A stretch of 46,854 nucleotides of DNA from a virus. Its lineage: Duplodnaviria > Caudoviricetes. The notes beneath the pieces are model-generated. The model was not told the origin of the DNA. It ran no database searches and was given only the letters and a program-made list of their open reading frames with translations. The position numbers were made by a program, and so were the translations under genes. The stretch lies in the IMG/VR virus record IMGVR_UViG_3300049893_001943, positions 1 through 46,854 of that record. One strand, written 5' to 3'. Of the stretch, positions 15,613 through 25,949 are shown piece after piece; the stretch's first letter is position 1; each line of letters opens with the position of its first letter.

Positions 15613-17805
15613 TTACTCCTTTGTGATCGTTGCAGATTGGCCGCCTGTGATCCCTGCGAATCCAGGGTTCCAAGTCTTAAAAGGCACCATTTGAAAACAC
15701 CAAACTTTTGTTGGTAACTTTAACCCCTCTGGATTGTAACCGATATCTCTTATCATAGCCGGTACGTTTTCAAGTTGTATAGACGCTATGTTAATATTCA
15801 TTTTAACAAAATTTCCAACATCCAATAACAAAGCTCGCCAAGTTAAATTAAAATCAAATATTTCAATTATTGCGCTTGCAAGCCTTAAAAATTCTATGAC
15901 CTGAAGCTCCACTTGGCTTTCAACATAGAGATTAGGAAACACAATTTTTTTCCCAATTGTCTGGCCCAATTGGGTAATTGAGGCATCGTTTTTAAATAGT
16001 GCGGTGGCTCTTACGTTTTCATTAACTACAGGCAGAAAACTAAAAGCACCCTGCGCTCTATTAAAATTATTTCGATCATCAATAGAAGTTTTTAAACTTT
16101 CTTTTTCAATGTCCCAATTTTTTACCGTATAGTCTGGTGTATCATCCCAATCTTCAAAATGAAGAGCATTGATTTTGAGCTTCAGGTTTCTATCGATAAA
16201 AGCCTCTAGCCGCACTTGCTCGAACAATGACAAGACATAGGCCAAAACCGGTGTCTGTTCTGCTGCCCAAATCCGGCTTTTGATCGCAGAAATTGCGCTT
16301 TGGGAAGGGCTGGCTTTGTCTCGGTAGGTAACCCAATTCCCATCAAAGTCGCCATCCACAAGGCCCCCGAAGGTCTTCAGAAGATCCTTGGCTTGGGCAA
16401 CTATATTATCATTGTAGCCTGATAGATCCTTACCTCTAACTTTGCAGTAAAATTCGTCACTCTCTTCGAAAATATAAGCGAGGCTCCCCCCTGTCCCATT
16501 ATCAACCCAGACACCCCCCTGTTTGATCTCGAAGTAATTATTTGAGCCGCCTGGGCCGACCAATTCAGAGTTAGGAACCGGACTAAAGACTTCTCCACGT
16601 TTTAAATAAACTCCATTCGAATCAAAAAAAGTATTGTTATTTTCACTTACGAGAAGTTCTAGTTGTCGGCGTGAAGCCCTAGGATTTGGTAGGAAGGTAT
16701 GAGATCCGGTTTGGGGATCTACAGAGGTGATAGCTGCCCCGCCCATGGTCGCAGAAAGTTCAAAGGTATTTAGCGTTGCGTTAACCACATAATAGCTTAC
16801 CCCGACCACAAAACCGGATGGTAAGGCTCCATCTGTTGCGAGTTGGACAATATCATCATTGTCTAAAGCATGTGAGTTGCAGCTTAGGGTAGCGCCCGCA
16901 ATTGTCACTGACTTCGGCTTATTAGGGATCAGGCTATGAGATCCGCTTTGGGGTCCACCTGAAACGATAGCGCCACCACCCATAGTTGCTGAGAGCTGGA
17001 AAGTATCGGCTGTCGCATTGACCACATAGTAATTAACATCGATCACAAATGGGGCAGGTAGGACTCCATTTGTCCCAAGCTGGATCTTGTCATCGTCATC
17101 TAGCCCATGTGCGGTGGAGCTTAGGTTTGCCCCGCTGATTTCTACCGCTTTATCTTTCCAATTCACAAAAGGATCGTTCCCGTTGACCCCATAGGCAGGG
17201 ATTGCGGCAGGAAAGGGGTCTAGTTCAGTCGTGAAATCCCCATAGATATAGGGAACAATTTTGCCTAAGTTTTTTTGCTCGCACCTGGGATAGGAAGCGT
17301 AGGTAATAACGGTATTAGGAAATTTTGCGTTGATCTTGTCAAAGTTATCTCGCGCAATGATCACAATGCTTTTGACGGTTCGCCTAAAACCGCCTACTGG
17401 GGTTACATTCCCTTTAAAAATGGTTGTATAAGTTGACGCTTGTTCGGCCAGTCCAACTTTGACCACCACTTCCCGCCCTACCCAGCTTCCATAATCATCT
17501 CCACCAGGGAGCAGATTGTTAAACCGTTCATCGACGTTCGAAAGCTCGATCGTTAAGGTACTAAAAGTTAGCTCATTTGATAGCCATTCTCCAACGGTTC
17601 GGCTGATGGTTGGGAATACTAAAAGAGCTTCATAAAACTTGTCACCTACATATTTATTACGATCACTTGCATAAATTTTTCCTATCGGTGTATCGATTTC
17701 GCATATCATTTCAATGCGGCATTCTAAATTATCATGACAGGCATTAAGCAAGGTTTGGTCTAAAACCGTTGCTGTTAAATATGGTCTTCTGTCGCTACTG
17801 CTCAT
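15613..17805 (-). CDS. Tail tip / baseplate hub-like protein with duplicated inserted domain
   Basis: Position after TMP and Dit-like gene; GKIVPYIYGD motif; two 79-aa repeats (H.L.D.D..QL.T.G.LP..F...V.YYVVNAT..TF.LSATMGG). Confidence 0.7.
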   Translation of the reverse strand: MSSSDRRPYLTATVLDQTLLNACHDNLECRIEMICEIDTPIGKIYASDRNKYVGDKFYEALLVFPTISRTVGEWLSNELTFSTLTIELSNVDERFNNLLPGGDDYGSWVGREVVVKVGLAEQASTYTTIFKGNVTPVGGFRRTVKSIVIIARDNFDKINAKFPNTVITYASYPRCEQKNLGKIVPYIYGDFTTELDPFPAAIPAYGVNGNDPFVNWKDKAVEISGANLSSTAHGLDDDDKIQLGTNGVLPAPFVIDVNYYVVNATADTFQLSATMGGGAIVSGGPQSGSHSLIPNKPKSVTIAGATLSCNSHALDNDDIVQLATDGALPSGFVVGVSYYVVNATLNTFELSATMGGAAITSVDPQTGSHTFLPNPRASRRQLELLVSENNNTFFDSNGVYLKRGEVFSPVPNSELVGPGGSNNYFEIKQGGVWVDNGTGGSLAYIFEESDEFYCKVRGKDLSGYNDNIVAQAKDLLKTFGGLVDGDFDGNWVTYRDKASPSQSAISAIKSRIWAAEQTPVLAYVLSLFEQVRLEAFIDRNLKLKINALHFEDWDDTPDYTVKNWDIEKESLKTSIDDRNNFNRAQGAFSFLPVVNENVRATALFKNDASITQLGQTIGKKIVFPNLYVESQVELQVIEFLRLASAIIEIFDFNLTWRALLLDVGNFVKMNINIASIQLENVPAMIRDIGYNPEGLKLPTKVWCFQMVPFKTWNPGFAGITGGQSATITKE
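16684..17150 (-). repeat. Tandem 237-bp (79-aa) domain duplication
   Basis: TGAGATCCG anchor at 16700 and 16937; aligned protein repeats; boundaries approximate. Confidence 0.85.
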
Positions 17806-17865
17806 AAGTTCGCCGTAATAAAAATTGCAATAAGCAATATTAAAAAAACCGTAAGATTAAATTCT

Positions 17866-18105
17866 TCAGTTGTTGTCAGCAAAACAAATCCTTATGTCAA
17901 CTGTATGAAGAAGGCATTTCCCTAATTTAATTTTGCACTCCCTATTCTCGCACCATTCTACGGCAAGTTTCAATCTTTCAACCAATTCTTGATTGTTAAC
18001 TTGAGGTAAGCTCGGCGGTTCTTGTGGGCTTTGGCTAAAAGCCACATAGCCGCAAAAGATAACAAAGCTCAAGATCCATATTCCTGCTAATTTATCTGCT
18101 TTCAT
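17866..18105 (-). CDS. Small N-terminal TM, Cys-containing protein
   Basis: LAGIWILSFVIFCGYVAF hydrophobic segment and four C-terminal Cys; inserted in the tail operon. Confidence 0.55.
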   Translation of the reverse strand: MKADKLAGIWILSFVIFCGYVAFSQSPQEPPSLPQVNNQELVERLKLAVEWCENRECKIKLGKCLLHTVDIRICFADNN

Positions 18106-19663
18106 CGACTTCAACCCTCATACTAACTATATCGGCTGCATTGCCTCTATTTTCGTGTTCTTCTTCTGGTATTTCCGTGAGCTTCCCGAATACCGCAAAT
18201 CGTCCTGGTTTCTGTGGGTCGGGAATCCATAGACATTTTAGGCTTGTTCTTGCCGTCTGAAAAACATTTGATAGGGCCAAATAGTTTCCTTTATCATAAT
18301 TCAATTGGTTAAATCCAATTGATATAGATCTTTTTAAAGCCCTATCGTTAGATACGTTTGTAAATCCTTCTGTGTTTACTTTATCGGAGAAATGAATCTC
18401 CCTTTTCCTTACTTGGTCGATAATGTTTTCGCCCTGGAAAATGATTGCGCTGCCAAAAATAAAAGTTCCCACTTGTAAAAATCCGTTTGGATTTGTGGGG
18501 TCACTAATGCTCAAACGCCAATAGCGATATTGGGAAGTCGGTAGGGTTGGGGCAATGTAATAGCTGTTAATTGAAGTCGCTTCAATTGGAATGGTGATTT
18601 CTATCGAGGCAAAGGTATCCGAGTTAGACCCTTCCAGCGTTACCACCGCACTGCTAGACCAGTTGTGATTAAGCACTGCTATTGTGTCAGGAGCCGTGCC
18701 TTGAATCAGCTCCGTGTCGCAAGAAAGGCTAGCTGTGGTAACTCCAACGTCCGACCTCCAAACTTCCTCAACCAAATCAGTATTGACATTGTTAGGGCTA
18801 AAGTCCCCCGTTCTAGTGTTAGTAGCTATCCAGTTAAGCCCTTGACCCTTAGCTTGGCCCCAAGCATTGTTCCCCGCCCCCGCAGCCCCACGGCTTGGGA
18901 AATCGCACAGAATCCTGATCTTTTTTGTGTTGTATAAGACCATGCGAACTTGGAAACCGAGAGGAAACGCGATAATCCTTTCAACTTGGGTCGCAAAAGC
19001 CTTAACCGCATTAATGATCCTTTCAACTTGCATCCCATAATTTTCCTGGGAGGTAATAACGCGGTTAACTTGGAATCCCGAAGCCGTTTGCTCATTGAAA
19101 GATCTATTGACCTGCCATCCTGTAGATGCACAAACTTCGGCCACAAGATAGGGACCACTCAGATAAGGAGTAGCCAGATAACCAAGGTTTGGACAAAAGA
19201 CGATTGAAATATAATTTGATCGCCTTATTTCCATTCCAAGATTTTCTACGGCTCCGATAATGTCTCGTTCAACTTGCGTACCGAAAGGCACTCGGCTTGC
19301 GATAGTTTGCTCGACTTGCATCCCAGAGGGTTCGTCACTGAGAAGAGTTCGATCAATTTGAAAACCGCTAGACTCAGAGCTAGGAGCTGAACGGTCAACC
19401 TGAAAGCCCGAAAAGTCTTGACTTGCGATCTCTCGGTTAATTTGGAAAGCACTTGGCTCCTCGCCTGTAATAATTCGTTCGACTTGGAATCCACTAGAAT
19501 TCTGCTCATTGATAGTCCTATTGATTTGAAAAGCCGAAGCTACAGAAGCAGTAACCACACGGTTTACTTGCATTCCTTGCGCTTCATGAACAACACCAGC
19601 CAAATAACCATCGGTATCGTTCAAATATGGTCTTGATAAATAACCGTAGTTAGTGGCTGTCAT
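18092..19663 (-). CDS. Distal-tail-like protein with N-terminal 14-aa repeats and a discoidin-like domain
   Basis: Directly after TMP (ATGA overlap); repeats SG(F/M)Q(V/I)xRxI; NHN...LEGSN...YRYWRL pattern. Confidence 0.65.
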   Translation of the reverse strand: MTATNYGYLSRPYLNDTDGYLAGVVHEAQGMQVNRVVTASVASAFQINRTINEQNSSGFQVERIITGEEPSAFQINREIASQDFSGFQVDRSAPSSESSGFQIDRTLLSDEPSGMQVEQTIASRVPFGTQVERDIIGAVENLGMEIRRSNYISIVFCPNLGYLATPYLSGPYLVAEVCASTGWQVNRSFNEQTASGFQVNRVITSQENYGMQVERIINAVKAFATQVERIIAFPLGFQVRMVLYNTKKIRILCDFPSRGAAGAGNNAWGQAKGQGLNWIATNTRTGDFSPNNVNTDLVEEVWRSDVGVTTASLSCDTELIQGTAPDTIAVLNHNWSSSAVVTLEGSNSDTFASIEITIPIEATSINSYYIAPTLPTSQYRYWRLSISDPTNPNGFLQVGTFIFGSAIIFQGENIIDQVRKREIHFSDKVNTEGFTNVSNDRALKRSISIGFNQLNYDKGNYLALSNVFQTARTSLKCLWIPDPQKPGRFAVFGKLTEIPEEEHENRGNAADIVSMRVEVDESR

Positions 19664-22600
19664 GCAGTCCTTACCCCGCTTTGATAAATCGTGGTACGCC
19701 CGTCAATGGACGCCCGTTTGAGTTCTTCCCGAATCACTGGCATGATCTTGTTCTTGATCATCGTAGCATCTATTGGCTGGGTGGTATTGATAACTAAATT
19801 TAGTTCAATGTTTTGAGTATTATTGCTTGGGGTTTTGCCCGCATTGAGATCATTTAGGGTTGGGACCCCTATCGAGCTTGCCGCCGATTTATTCAGCACA
19901 AATTCCCCGCCCTTAAGCATACTGGGCATCTCGCCCGCCCCTGGGACCAAACCGCCGTCATGGAATTTATTAGCCGAGAGCATCGACCAAAACATATCTA
20001 AAACCTTATCCCAAACCAAACCTTTCATTGAGGCCCAAGCTTGCTCAAGGATCTTTGCAGGGTCCAAAATGTCGGCGACAGGAGCTATGATTTCTTGGAA
20101 AGCCCCCGCAAGATCTCCTCCCGCCTTCTTAAGGCTACCTACCACGCCGCCGAGAGCGTAGGCAGGAGCCCCAATTTTGCCCGATAAGATCCCTTGCACG
20201 ATTCCCGCCACCGCTGGGTCATCCATTTTGGATTTTGGTATGATGGCCTCGCCCGCACTTAGTAGGGCCACAATCCGGTCATTGAGCTTGCTATCGTTGG
20301 GCACAGCTCCCATTCCTGGGACCATCCCGCCTTTTGCAAATTTCATAAACGGCATATCAAATTTTAGTTGCTCTTCAACTGGCCCTTTATCGCCAAATGC
20401 GTTTCCAGGAATAGAAAAGATTCTGTTAAAGAAATTTGACGGATTAATGCCGTTGAGCTGATCGGTGATGATTCCACCAATCCCACCCAATCCATTTTTT
20501 AAGCCTTCCCATATTTTATTGCCGATGTTCCCGAAGTCGAATCCGTTCAATCCTCCGGTTAAACCGTTAAAGATTCTTTGCCCGAATTGCTCAAAAAAGT
20601 TTGATACGGCTGCATAGAAGTTGCGCCAAATGGTAGTCCCAGCATCTACGAAGAAACTGGCTATTGGTGCAAGAAACCCATTCCATATTGCATTCCCGGC
20701 TTGGGTAAAGAAAAGCCCAACCGAATCATAGAGCCCCCGCCATATCTGAGTCCCTGCATCGAGAAAGGCCGTTCCGATTGGGGCAATGAAACCATTCCAA
20801 ATTTCTAGGCCCCTCTCTTTAAACCACATGGCTACGGGTTCTATAAAACCGTCCCATATCTCTTTGCCTCTTTCCTTAAACCACATGGCCACCGGAACCA
20901 CAAAACCGTCCCAAATTTCTTTCCCACGCTCTTTAAACCACATGGCTACAGGAACAATAAATCCATCCCAGATTTCCTTACCGCGATCCTTGAACCACAT
21001 AGCCACGGGTACAATGAAACCATCCCAAATCTCTTGACCTCGGTCGCCAAACCATTTTGCAATCTTGCCGAATGCCTCCACTAGTCCGTCCCAAATTTCT
21101 TGGCCTCGATCTAAGAACCATTTGAGAGCTTCTTTGAAAGCATCTACAAAAGCGTTCCACATCGATTTACCGGCATTTTTTGCCGCTTCGCTAAGGTCTT
21201 TAATGAGCTGCTCTGAAGTCTTAACCAGCCCGTTTAACTTATCGGCTTGAGATTTCGCCCCCTCCTCCAGATCCATAACCGCAAAGAGCTTGGAGGCCAC
21301 CCCTGTAAGAGTCTTTGAAGCTGCCTTAAGGCCCAAGGCAAAGTTTTTAGCAATCTCTGCCGGTTTCGGGAGGATGCCTTTACCAATTTGGGAGAAGATC
21401 TTGGGCAGGGATTTGATAGCATCAAGGATGCCTTTAACAATGGCTAACGGAATCTCGATTGTGAGAGCCTTGGCTATTGCGATGGCAAGCCTTGGCCCAT
21501 CTTTAATCAAGAAGTTGATAAGGCTAACAGCTATTTTCGGGATAGCTTCAATAAACTTTTGCACAAAATTTTCGACAACTTCAGGCAATCGATCAAGGAG
21601 GCCACTTAACATATCTGGCAGGTTTGTAAGCAAAGTTGCCATGACATCGGGTAATTTTTCGAAAAATGCGGTGAATTTTTCGAAAATAGCGGGGATCATT
21701 TTAAGCAAGTTCGGTATAAAATTAGCATAATAATTCAAAATGCTATCAAGGACATTTCCAAGGCCAGCTACAATTTTGTTAGGAAGATCCGTTAGCGAGT
21801 TATATATATTGGCAATCTTATCCAATAACCCAGGAACAAAATCAATAAGCCCTTGCACGACATCAGCCACCGCACCCACTCCGGTCATAGCTCCCATAAC
21901 TGCCCCAGCGGTTCCGCTTTGGAAAGCTTGGGTGATTCCTTGGGCTACGTCCGTTCCAACTTTCTTGGCCCCCTCAAATTCCCTGCTTGGGGCCCTTTCT
22001 GTATTGATCTTAGCGATTCTCTTTAGGGCAGCTTCTTGCTTCTTGTAAATCTCAAGGCGCTCTTTAGGGATTGGCAGATTAGCCATCTTGTAGGAAAGCT
22101 CAAACTCTTCACGCTTGATTGCTAGAGCTTCTAGATCCTTTTTCAACTTCTCATCTATCTTGTCTAACTCTAGGCCAGTCAAGTCTAAGATCTGGGAATT
22201 AAGCTCATCTAGTTGGGTTTTGGCTTCTTTTAGCTTCGCAACCTCAAATTCCTTGATAGCTATCTTGCCGGCCTCTTTATTAGCCTCTTTTGCCAGCCTG
22301 ATAAGCTCTTTAACCTTGTCATTTGCCTTGCCTTGGGCTTCTAGTTTTTTCTGCTCTAGTCCTAGCTCTTTTTCTTTTTCGGCATATTTATCTACAATAT
22401 TTTTCAGTTCTAGAGTGTTTTGGTCTCCCGCTTGCTTTCTGATTTCTAAAATATTTTTTTCAAGTCCAATAATTATTTCATTCTGTTTCTGTACTTCTTC
22501 GTTAACAGCTAAACTTTTAGCTTGCTTTAGTAACTTTAAGCTTTGATTTATTATAAGCTGGTCTTCATCTCTTAATTTATTTACTTTTCTAAGCCCTTCC

Positions 22601-25527
22601 TCTTCCCTTAATAGTGCCTGTATTTTTTGATCGTATTCTATGGCTATTGCTTTTATGGTCTTGCCGGATCTTTTTAAATTATCTATCTCCAAGCTTGATC
22701 TTTGCGCTTCTATTTCTTTAACAACATCAAGTCTTAATTTTTCAACTTCTATCTCTGCTTTAATTTGCTTTATTCTTAATTCGGCAATTTTCTGTGACTT
22801 TTCATTTAAATCAGCATTTGATTTATAAGCTTCCTTTACTTCTAGATTTAATTTTACTTGGTTAGCAATAACTTGTTCGTACCGAGTTCCTAAAATTAAA
22901 GTCTTCTCATTTGCTTTATCAAAGGTAGCTAAATGCAATTGAACATATTTTTCTAATATTTGGGATGATTCATCTAACTTATCATTTAATTTTCCTACCG
23001 CTCCCTGGGCCGTACCGCCAAAAGCGTAAGAAACTTTTTCCCCTACTTCGCTTGTAAATTTGGCTGTTTCTGATAATTTTTTATTTATTTCCTCGGATTG
23101 GATTTGAAATGCTAGAGCGTCCTCGGTGGATTCTTTAAAACCGCTTTTTACATATCTCCAAGCTCTAGCTGCATTAATAATTGCAAGTTCAAAAACCAAA
23201 ACACTAGCAACCAAGCCGCCTAGAATAAATTTTGTTACATCAACCAAAAATCTAAATATAGCCTTCAAGGGAGTAATAATTGTTGTCCCTAGGTTCGCCC
23301 CAAATGTTTTTACCGCGTCGGTGGCTTTATCAAAAGTATCAGCAATTCCCCCGCCGGTTTCGTTCATATAATCACGAATAAAGCCCAGTTCGGCGCTTAA
23401 CTCTTTTAAAGCGGTGTAGAGGATATATAAACCCCCAACAATGGCCGTTATTTTGTAAAATAATGGATTGCTAAGGATGGATGCGGTAAAAGCCCATGCT
23501 GCTTTTGCAGCCGTAACGAATGCCCCGGCCATGACTTTAACCACATTTCCTAAGGAAGCTAAAGTCCCAACTACAATAGCTTTTAAAATATTATTAAAAT
23601 TTTTAAATAGATCAGTAGCACTTTTAATTTGTATTGCTTCAAACTTAAATATCGCTCCTAATTTCAAAAATGTTTTTGATAAAACATTTTGTACCCATAC
23701 ACTTTCAGCTAAAACTCTATTAAATATTGTATAACTATTAGTTAATGATGTTATTAACACAAAGTGTTTTAGTATTGTCCCAGCTAAAATTAAGACTACG
23801 CCAGTAGCCTCCTTAACCGTACCAATGAAGGCCAATATTGGATCGGCTAGCTTCGTAAATCCCTCGATGATCTTACCCAATGAGACTCTTAATTTATTTA
23901 AAATATCTGGAGATTTGCCCATGGCAACATCTAGATCATTTATGGTTCTGTTTAAAAATTGGGCCGATCCTGCTGCACTGTTAAACTCGTTTGCTGCTGC
24001 ACCAGCAACCGCCGCTGTTTCTGTCATGATTAAGTCTAGTCTGACTGAAGCTTTTTCATTCTTAGTTAGTTGCTCGGCTGTTTTGCCCAAAGAAAGAAAG
24101 AGTTCGGAATGAGCAAAACTGGCATCACTAACGGCAAAGCCCATATTTTGCATACTTTGAGCATTTCCTGCAAATGTACTGTTGATTTTTGTTGCCATAT
24201 CAACAATATTTTCGCCAAAAGCTGAAGCTACATCGGCATTTCTTTTTATTAAATCCCCAATTTGAGTCGTAGTTAATCCAAATCTCGACCCTTCTGCTAC
24301 TAACAATTTTATAGACTTAGCTATATCTTCGGTTGTAAAAACCGTATTCGAGCGTAAAGAATCCAACATATCTAACCATGACTGGACTGATCCAACGGCA
24401 TCAACTCCTAAGGTTTTCCCAAACCCTTCGATAGTGAATTTAAAGGTGTTCATCACTTGATTGAATTTTTCAAACTTCAAAAAAGCTACTTCTGCCGAAG
24501 CTACTAAGTTTTGGCCAATCGCCACCGCTAAATTTCCCACGGAGTTAAATAGAGTGTTAAAAACAAATCCGACTAAAAATCCAAAGATATTAGTCAAACC
24601 AAGAGTAGTACCAATTAGGCCAAAAATTGAACCCTCCAGAGATCCTATCCCAGCAGCAGCAGCAGAAAGAGCTTGTGGAAAGGTATAGGTCAATTCTCCA
24701 AATCGCAACAAACTTGGAACTAATTTATTATTAACCGCAAAAAATAGGTCTTTGCTTCCTGCTGCAAAAGCCTTGGTGGCATCCAATGCAGGATTAACGG
24801 CATTTTTATAAGCATCAAAATTTTGTCCTACTTTGTTAATTCCATAGGCTCCCGCCGCTATACCAACCCCTCCTAAAACATTTTCAAAGGTATCAAATAA
24901 AATCCTGCTTTTTTCAATATATGACTCTGAGTTTTTAAGTTTTGATATTAGATCTTGATATTTCTGGTTAAAAGATTCTAGCTTTAATATCAACTTATCT
25001 AGAGTATCGACTAAATTATCAAAAAACTCAGTGGTTTTGTCATATCCTTTTACATCTGCAATTAAAGCGAATAATGATAAAGCAGTTCTAAGATTTTTTA
25101 ACAATTGTCCCGATAATAGCTCATCGAATAAATCAAAAGCAAAGTTGATAGCTGCAATTGTAACATTTAAGGCAATCATTGTTCTTTGAACACTACCAAT
25201 TGCAGCCGTCATTTCGTCTAGTTTCTGCGTTGAAGATACAACATTTTTTTCAAAAGACGCGGTAGAATTGCTATTTTGTTTCAAAACTGCATCATAAGCC
25301 AAAGCATTTTTTTCAATGTCTTTATATGATTTTCCAGACACTTTTTGCAATTGTCCATAGGCATCTGTAGCTATTTTTAGATATCGGGCTAGTTCTAAGT
25401 TTGATTTACCAGCTTCGTCAATGGCCTTAGATAGATCTCTGGTAGAGTCTTCCGCGCTTGCCAAGCTTTTTGTGTATTGCTTGGTATCCGCTTGCATATC
25501 AACTATTAATTTTTCGGTTACCGCCAT
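19660..25527 (-). CDS. Tape measure protein
   Basis: 1955 aa helical/coiled-coil with hydrophobic segments, Trp/Phe repeats, C-terminal FAKGG/FHDGG...GEFVL motifs; follows the G/T chaperones. Confidence 0.93.
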   Translation of the reverse strand: MAVTEKLIVDMQADTKQYTKSLASAEDSTRDLSKAIDEAGKSNLELARYLKIATDAYGQLQKVSGKSYKDIEKNALAYDAVLKQNSNSTASFEKNVVSSTQKLDEMTAAIGSVQRTMIALNVTIAAINFAFDLFDELLSGQLLKNLRTALSLFALIADVKGYDKTTEFFDNLVDTLDKLILKLESFNQKYQDLISKLKNSESYIEKSRILFDTFENVLGGVGIAAGAYGINKVGQNFDAYKNAVNPALDATKAFAAGSKDLFFAVNNKLVPSLLRFGELTYTFPQALSAAAAGIGSLEGSIFGLIGTTLGLTNIFGFLVGFVFNTLFNSVGNLAVAIGQNLVASAEVAFLKFEKFNQVMNTFKFTIEGFGKTLGVDAVGSVQSWLDMLDSLRSNTVFTTEDIAKSIKLLVAEGSRFGLTTTQIGDLIKRNADVASAFGENIVDMATKINSTFAGNAQSMQNMGFAVSDASFAHSELFLSLGKTAEQLTKNEKASVRLDLIMTETAAVAGAAANEFNSAAGSAQFLNRTINDLDVAMGKSPDILNKLRVSLGKIIEGFTKLADPILAFIGTVKEATGVVLILAGTILKHFVLITSLTNSYTIFNRVLAESVWVQNVLSKTFLKLGAIFKFEAIQIKSATDLFKNFNNILKAIVVGTLASLGNVVKVMAGAFVTAAKAAWAFTASILSNPLFYKITAIVGGLYILYTALKELSAELGFIRDYMNETGGGIADTFDKATDAVKTFGANLGTTIITPLKAIFRFLVDVTKFILGGLVASVLVFELAIINAARAWRYVKSGFKESTEDALAFQIQSEEINKKLSETAKFTSEVGEKVSYAFGGTAQGAVGKLNDKLDESSQILEKYVQLHLATFDKANEKTLILGTRYEQVIANQVKLNLEVKEAYKSNADLNEKSQKIAELRIKQIKAEIEVEKLRLDVVKEIEAQRSSLEIDNLKRSGKTIKAIAIEYDQKIQALLREEEGLRKVNKLRDEDQLIINQSLKLLKQAKSLAVNEEVQKQNEIIIGLEKNILEIRKQAGDQNTLELKNIVDKYAEKEKELGLEQKKLEAQGKANDKVKELIRLAKEANKEAGKIAIKEFEVAKLKEAKTQLDELNSQILDLTGLELDKIDEKLKKDLEALAIKREEFELSYKMANLPIPKERLEIYKKQEAALKRIAKINTERAPSREFEGAKKVGTDVAQGITQAFQSGTAGAVMGAMTGVGAVADVVQGLIDFVPGLLDKIANIYNSLTDLPNKIVAGLGNVLDSILNYYANFIPNLLKMIPAIFEKFTAFFEKLPDVMATLLTNLPDMLSGLLDRLPEVVENFVQKFIEAIPKIAVSLINFLIKDGPRLAIAIAKALTIEIPLAIVKGILDAIKSLPKIFSQIGKGILPKPAEIAKNFALGLKAASKTLTGVASKLFAVMDLEEGAKSQADKLNGLVKTSEQLIKDLSEAAKNAGKSMWNAFVDAFKEALKWFLDRGQEIWDGLVEAFGKIAKWFGDRGQEIWDGFIVPVAMWFKDRGKEIWDGFIVPVAMWFKERGKEIWDGFVVPVAMWFKERGKEIWDGFIEPVAMWFKERGLEIWNGFIAPIGTAFLDAGTQIWRGLYDSVGLFFTQAGNAIWNGFLAPIASFFVDAGTTIWRNFYAAVSNFFEQFGQRIFNGLTGGLNGFDFGNIGNKIWEGLKNGLGGIGGIITDQLNGINPSNFFNRIFSIPGNAFGDKGPVEEQLKFDMPFMKFAKGGMVPGMGAVPNDSKLNDRIVALLSAGEAIIPKSKMDDPAVAGIVQGILSGKIGAPAYALGGVVGSLKKAGGDLAGAFQEIIAPVADILDPAKILEQAWASMKGLVWDKVLDMFWSMLSANKFHDGGLVPGAGEMPSMLKGGEFVLNKSAASSIGVPTLNDLNAGKTPSNNTQNIELNLVINTTQPIDATMIKNKIMPVIREELKRASIDGRTTIYQSGVRTA
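20540..21125 (-). repeat. 57-bp (19-aa) tandem repeats inside the tape measure gene
   Basis: AACCACATRGC recurring near 20821, 20878, 20935, 20992; WFK(D/E)RGKEIWDGFxxPVAM units; boundaries approximate. Confidence 0.9.
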
Positions 25528-25949
25528 GCTTTACCCCTTTCAATGCTGACCCATCCCCAAGAATACTTTTTGCTCTGCCGTTAAACTGCAATTGTTTATA
25601 GGTCTGGATGAACCAAGTTAGATTGCCTATCCACCAATCGGGCTGATCGACTATTCCCCCCTCGACATAATGCCAATCCCCAGACTCGGCGGCCAATGAC
25701 ATGAGCTGAAAAATCTTGGTGTACTCAGGGTTCCAGGTAGCCTTGCCAGGGCAAAAACCATAACGTTCACCGCCTGTCGTTATCTGTATAGGAAATATTA
25801 TGCCATCTTCCGCGCTGAAATCCTCCCGATCCTCTTCGCATCGGCGCAATTTTTTTGTGCGCTCTGGGCAGTCTGAGCAAATAAAATTTCGACCACTGGC
25901 TTTTAAGGCCCCGTGGTCGGCATGGGTCAACTCAATGAGAGCTGTTAGC
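25499..25949 (-). CDS. Tail assembly chaperone T segment (C-terminal part of GT frameshift product)
   Basis: -1 frame open from the slippery site (KLTALIELTHADHG...); GGIVDQPDWW motif; precedes TMP. Confidence 0.8.

Noticed and set aside
20780-21050. Regularly spaced repeats suggesting a CRISPR array
   Set aside because: They are in-frame 57-bp coding repeats with mostly synonymous variation and no unique spacers; no cas genes.
19823-24688. Numerous plus-strand ORFs opposite the tape measure and other long genes
   Set aside because: Antisense shadows of the coding strand with no SD sequences or recognisable motifs.
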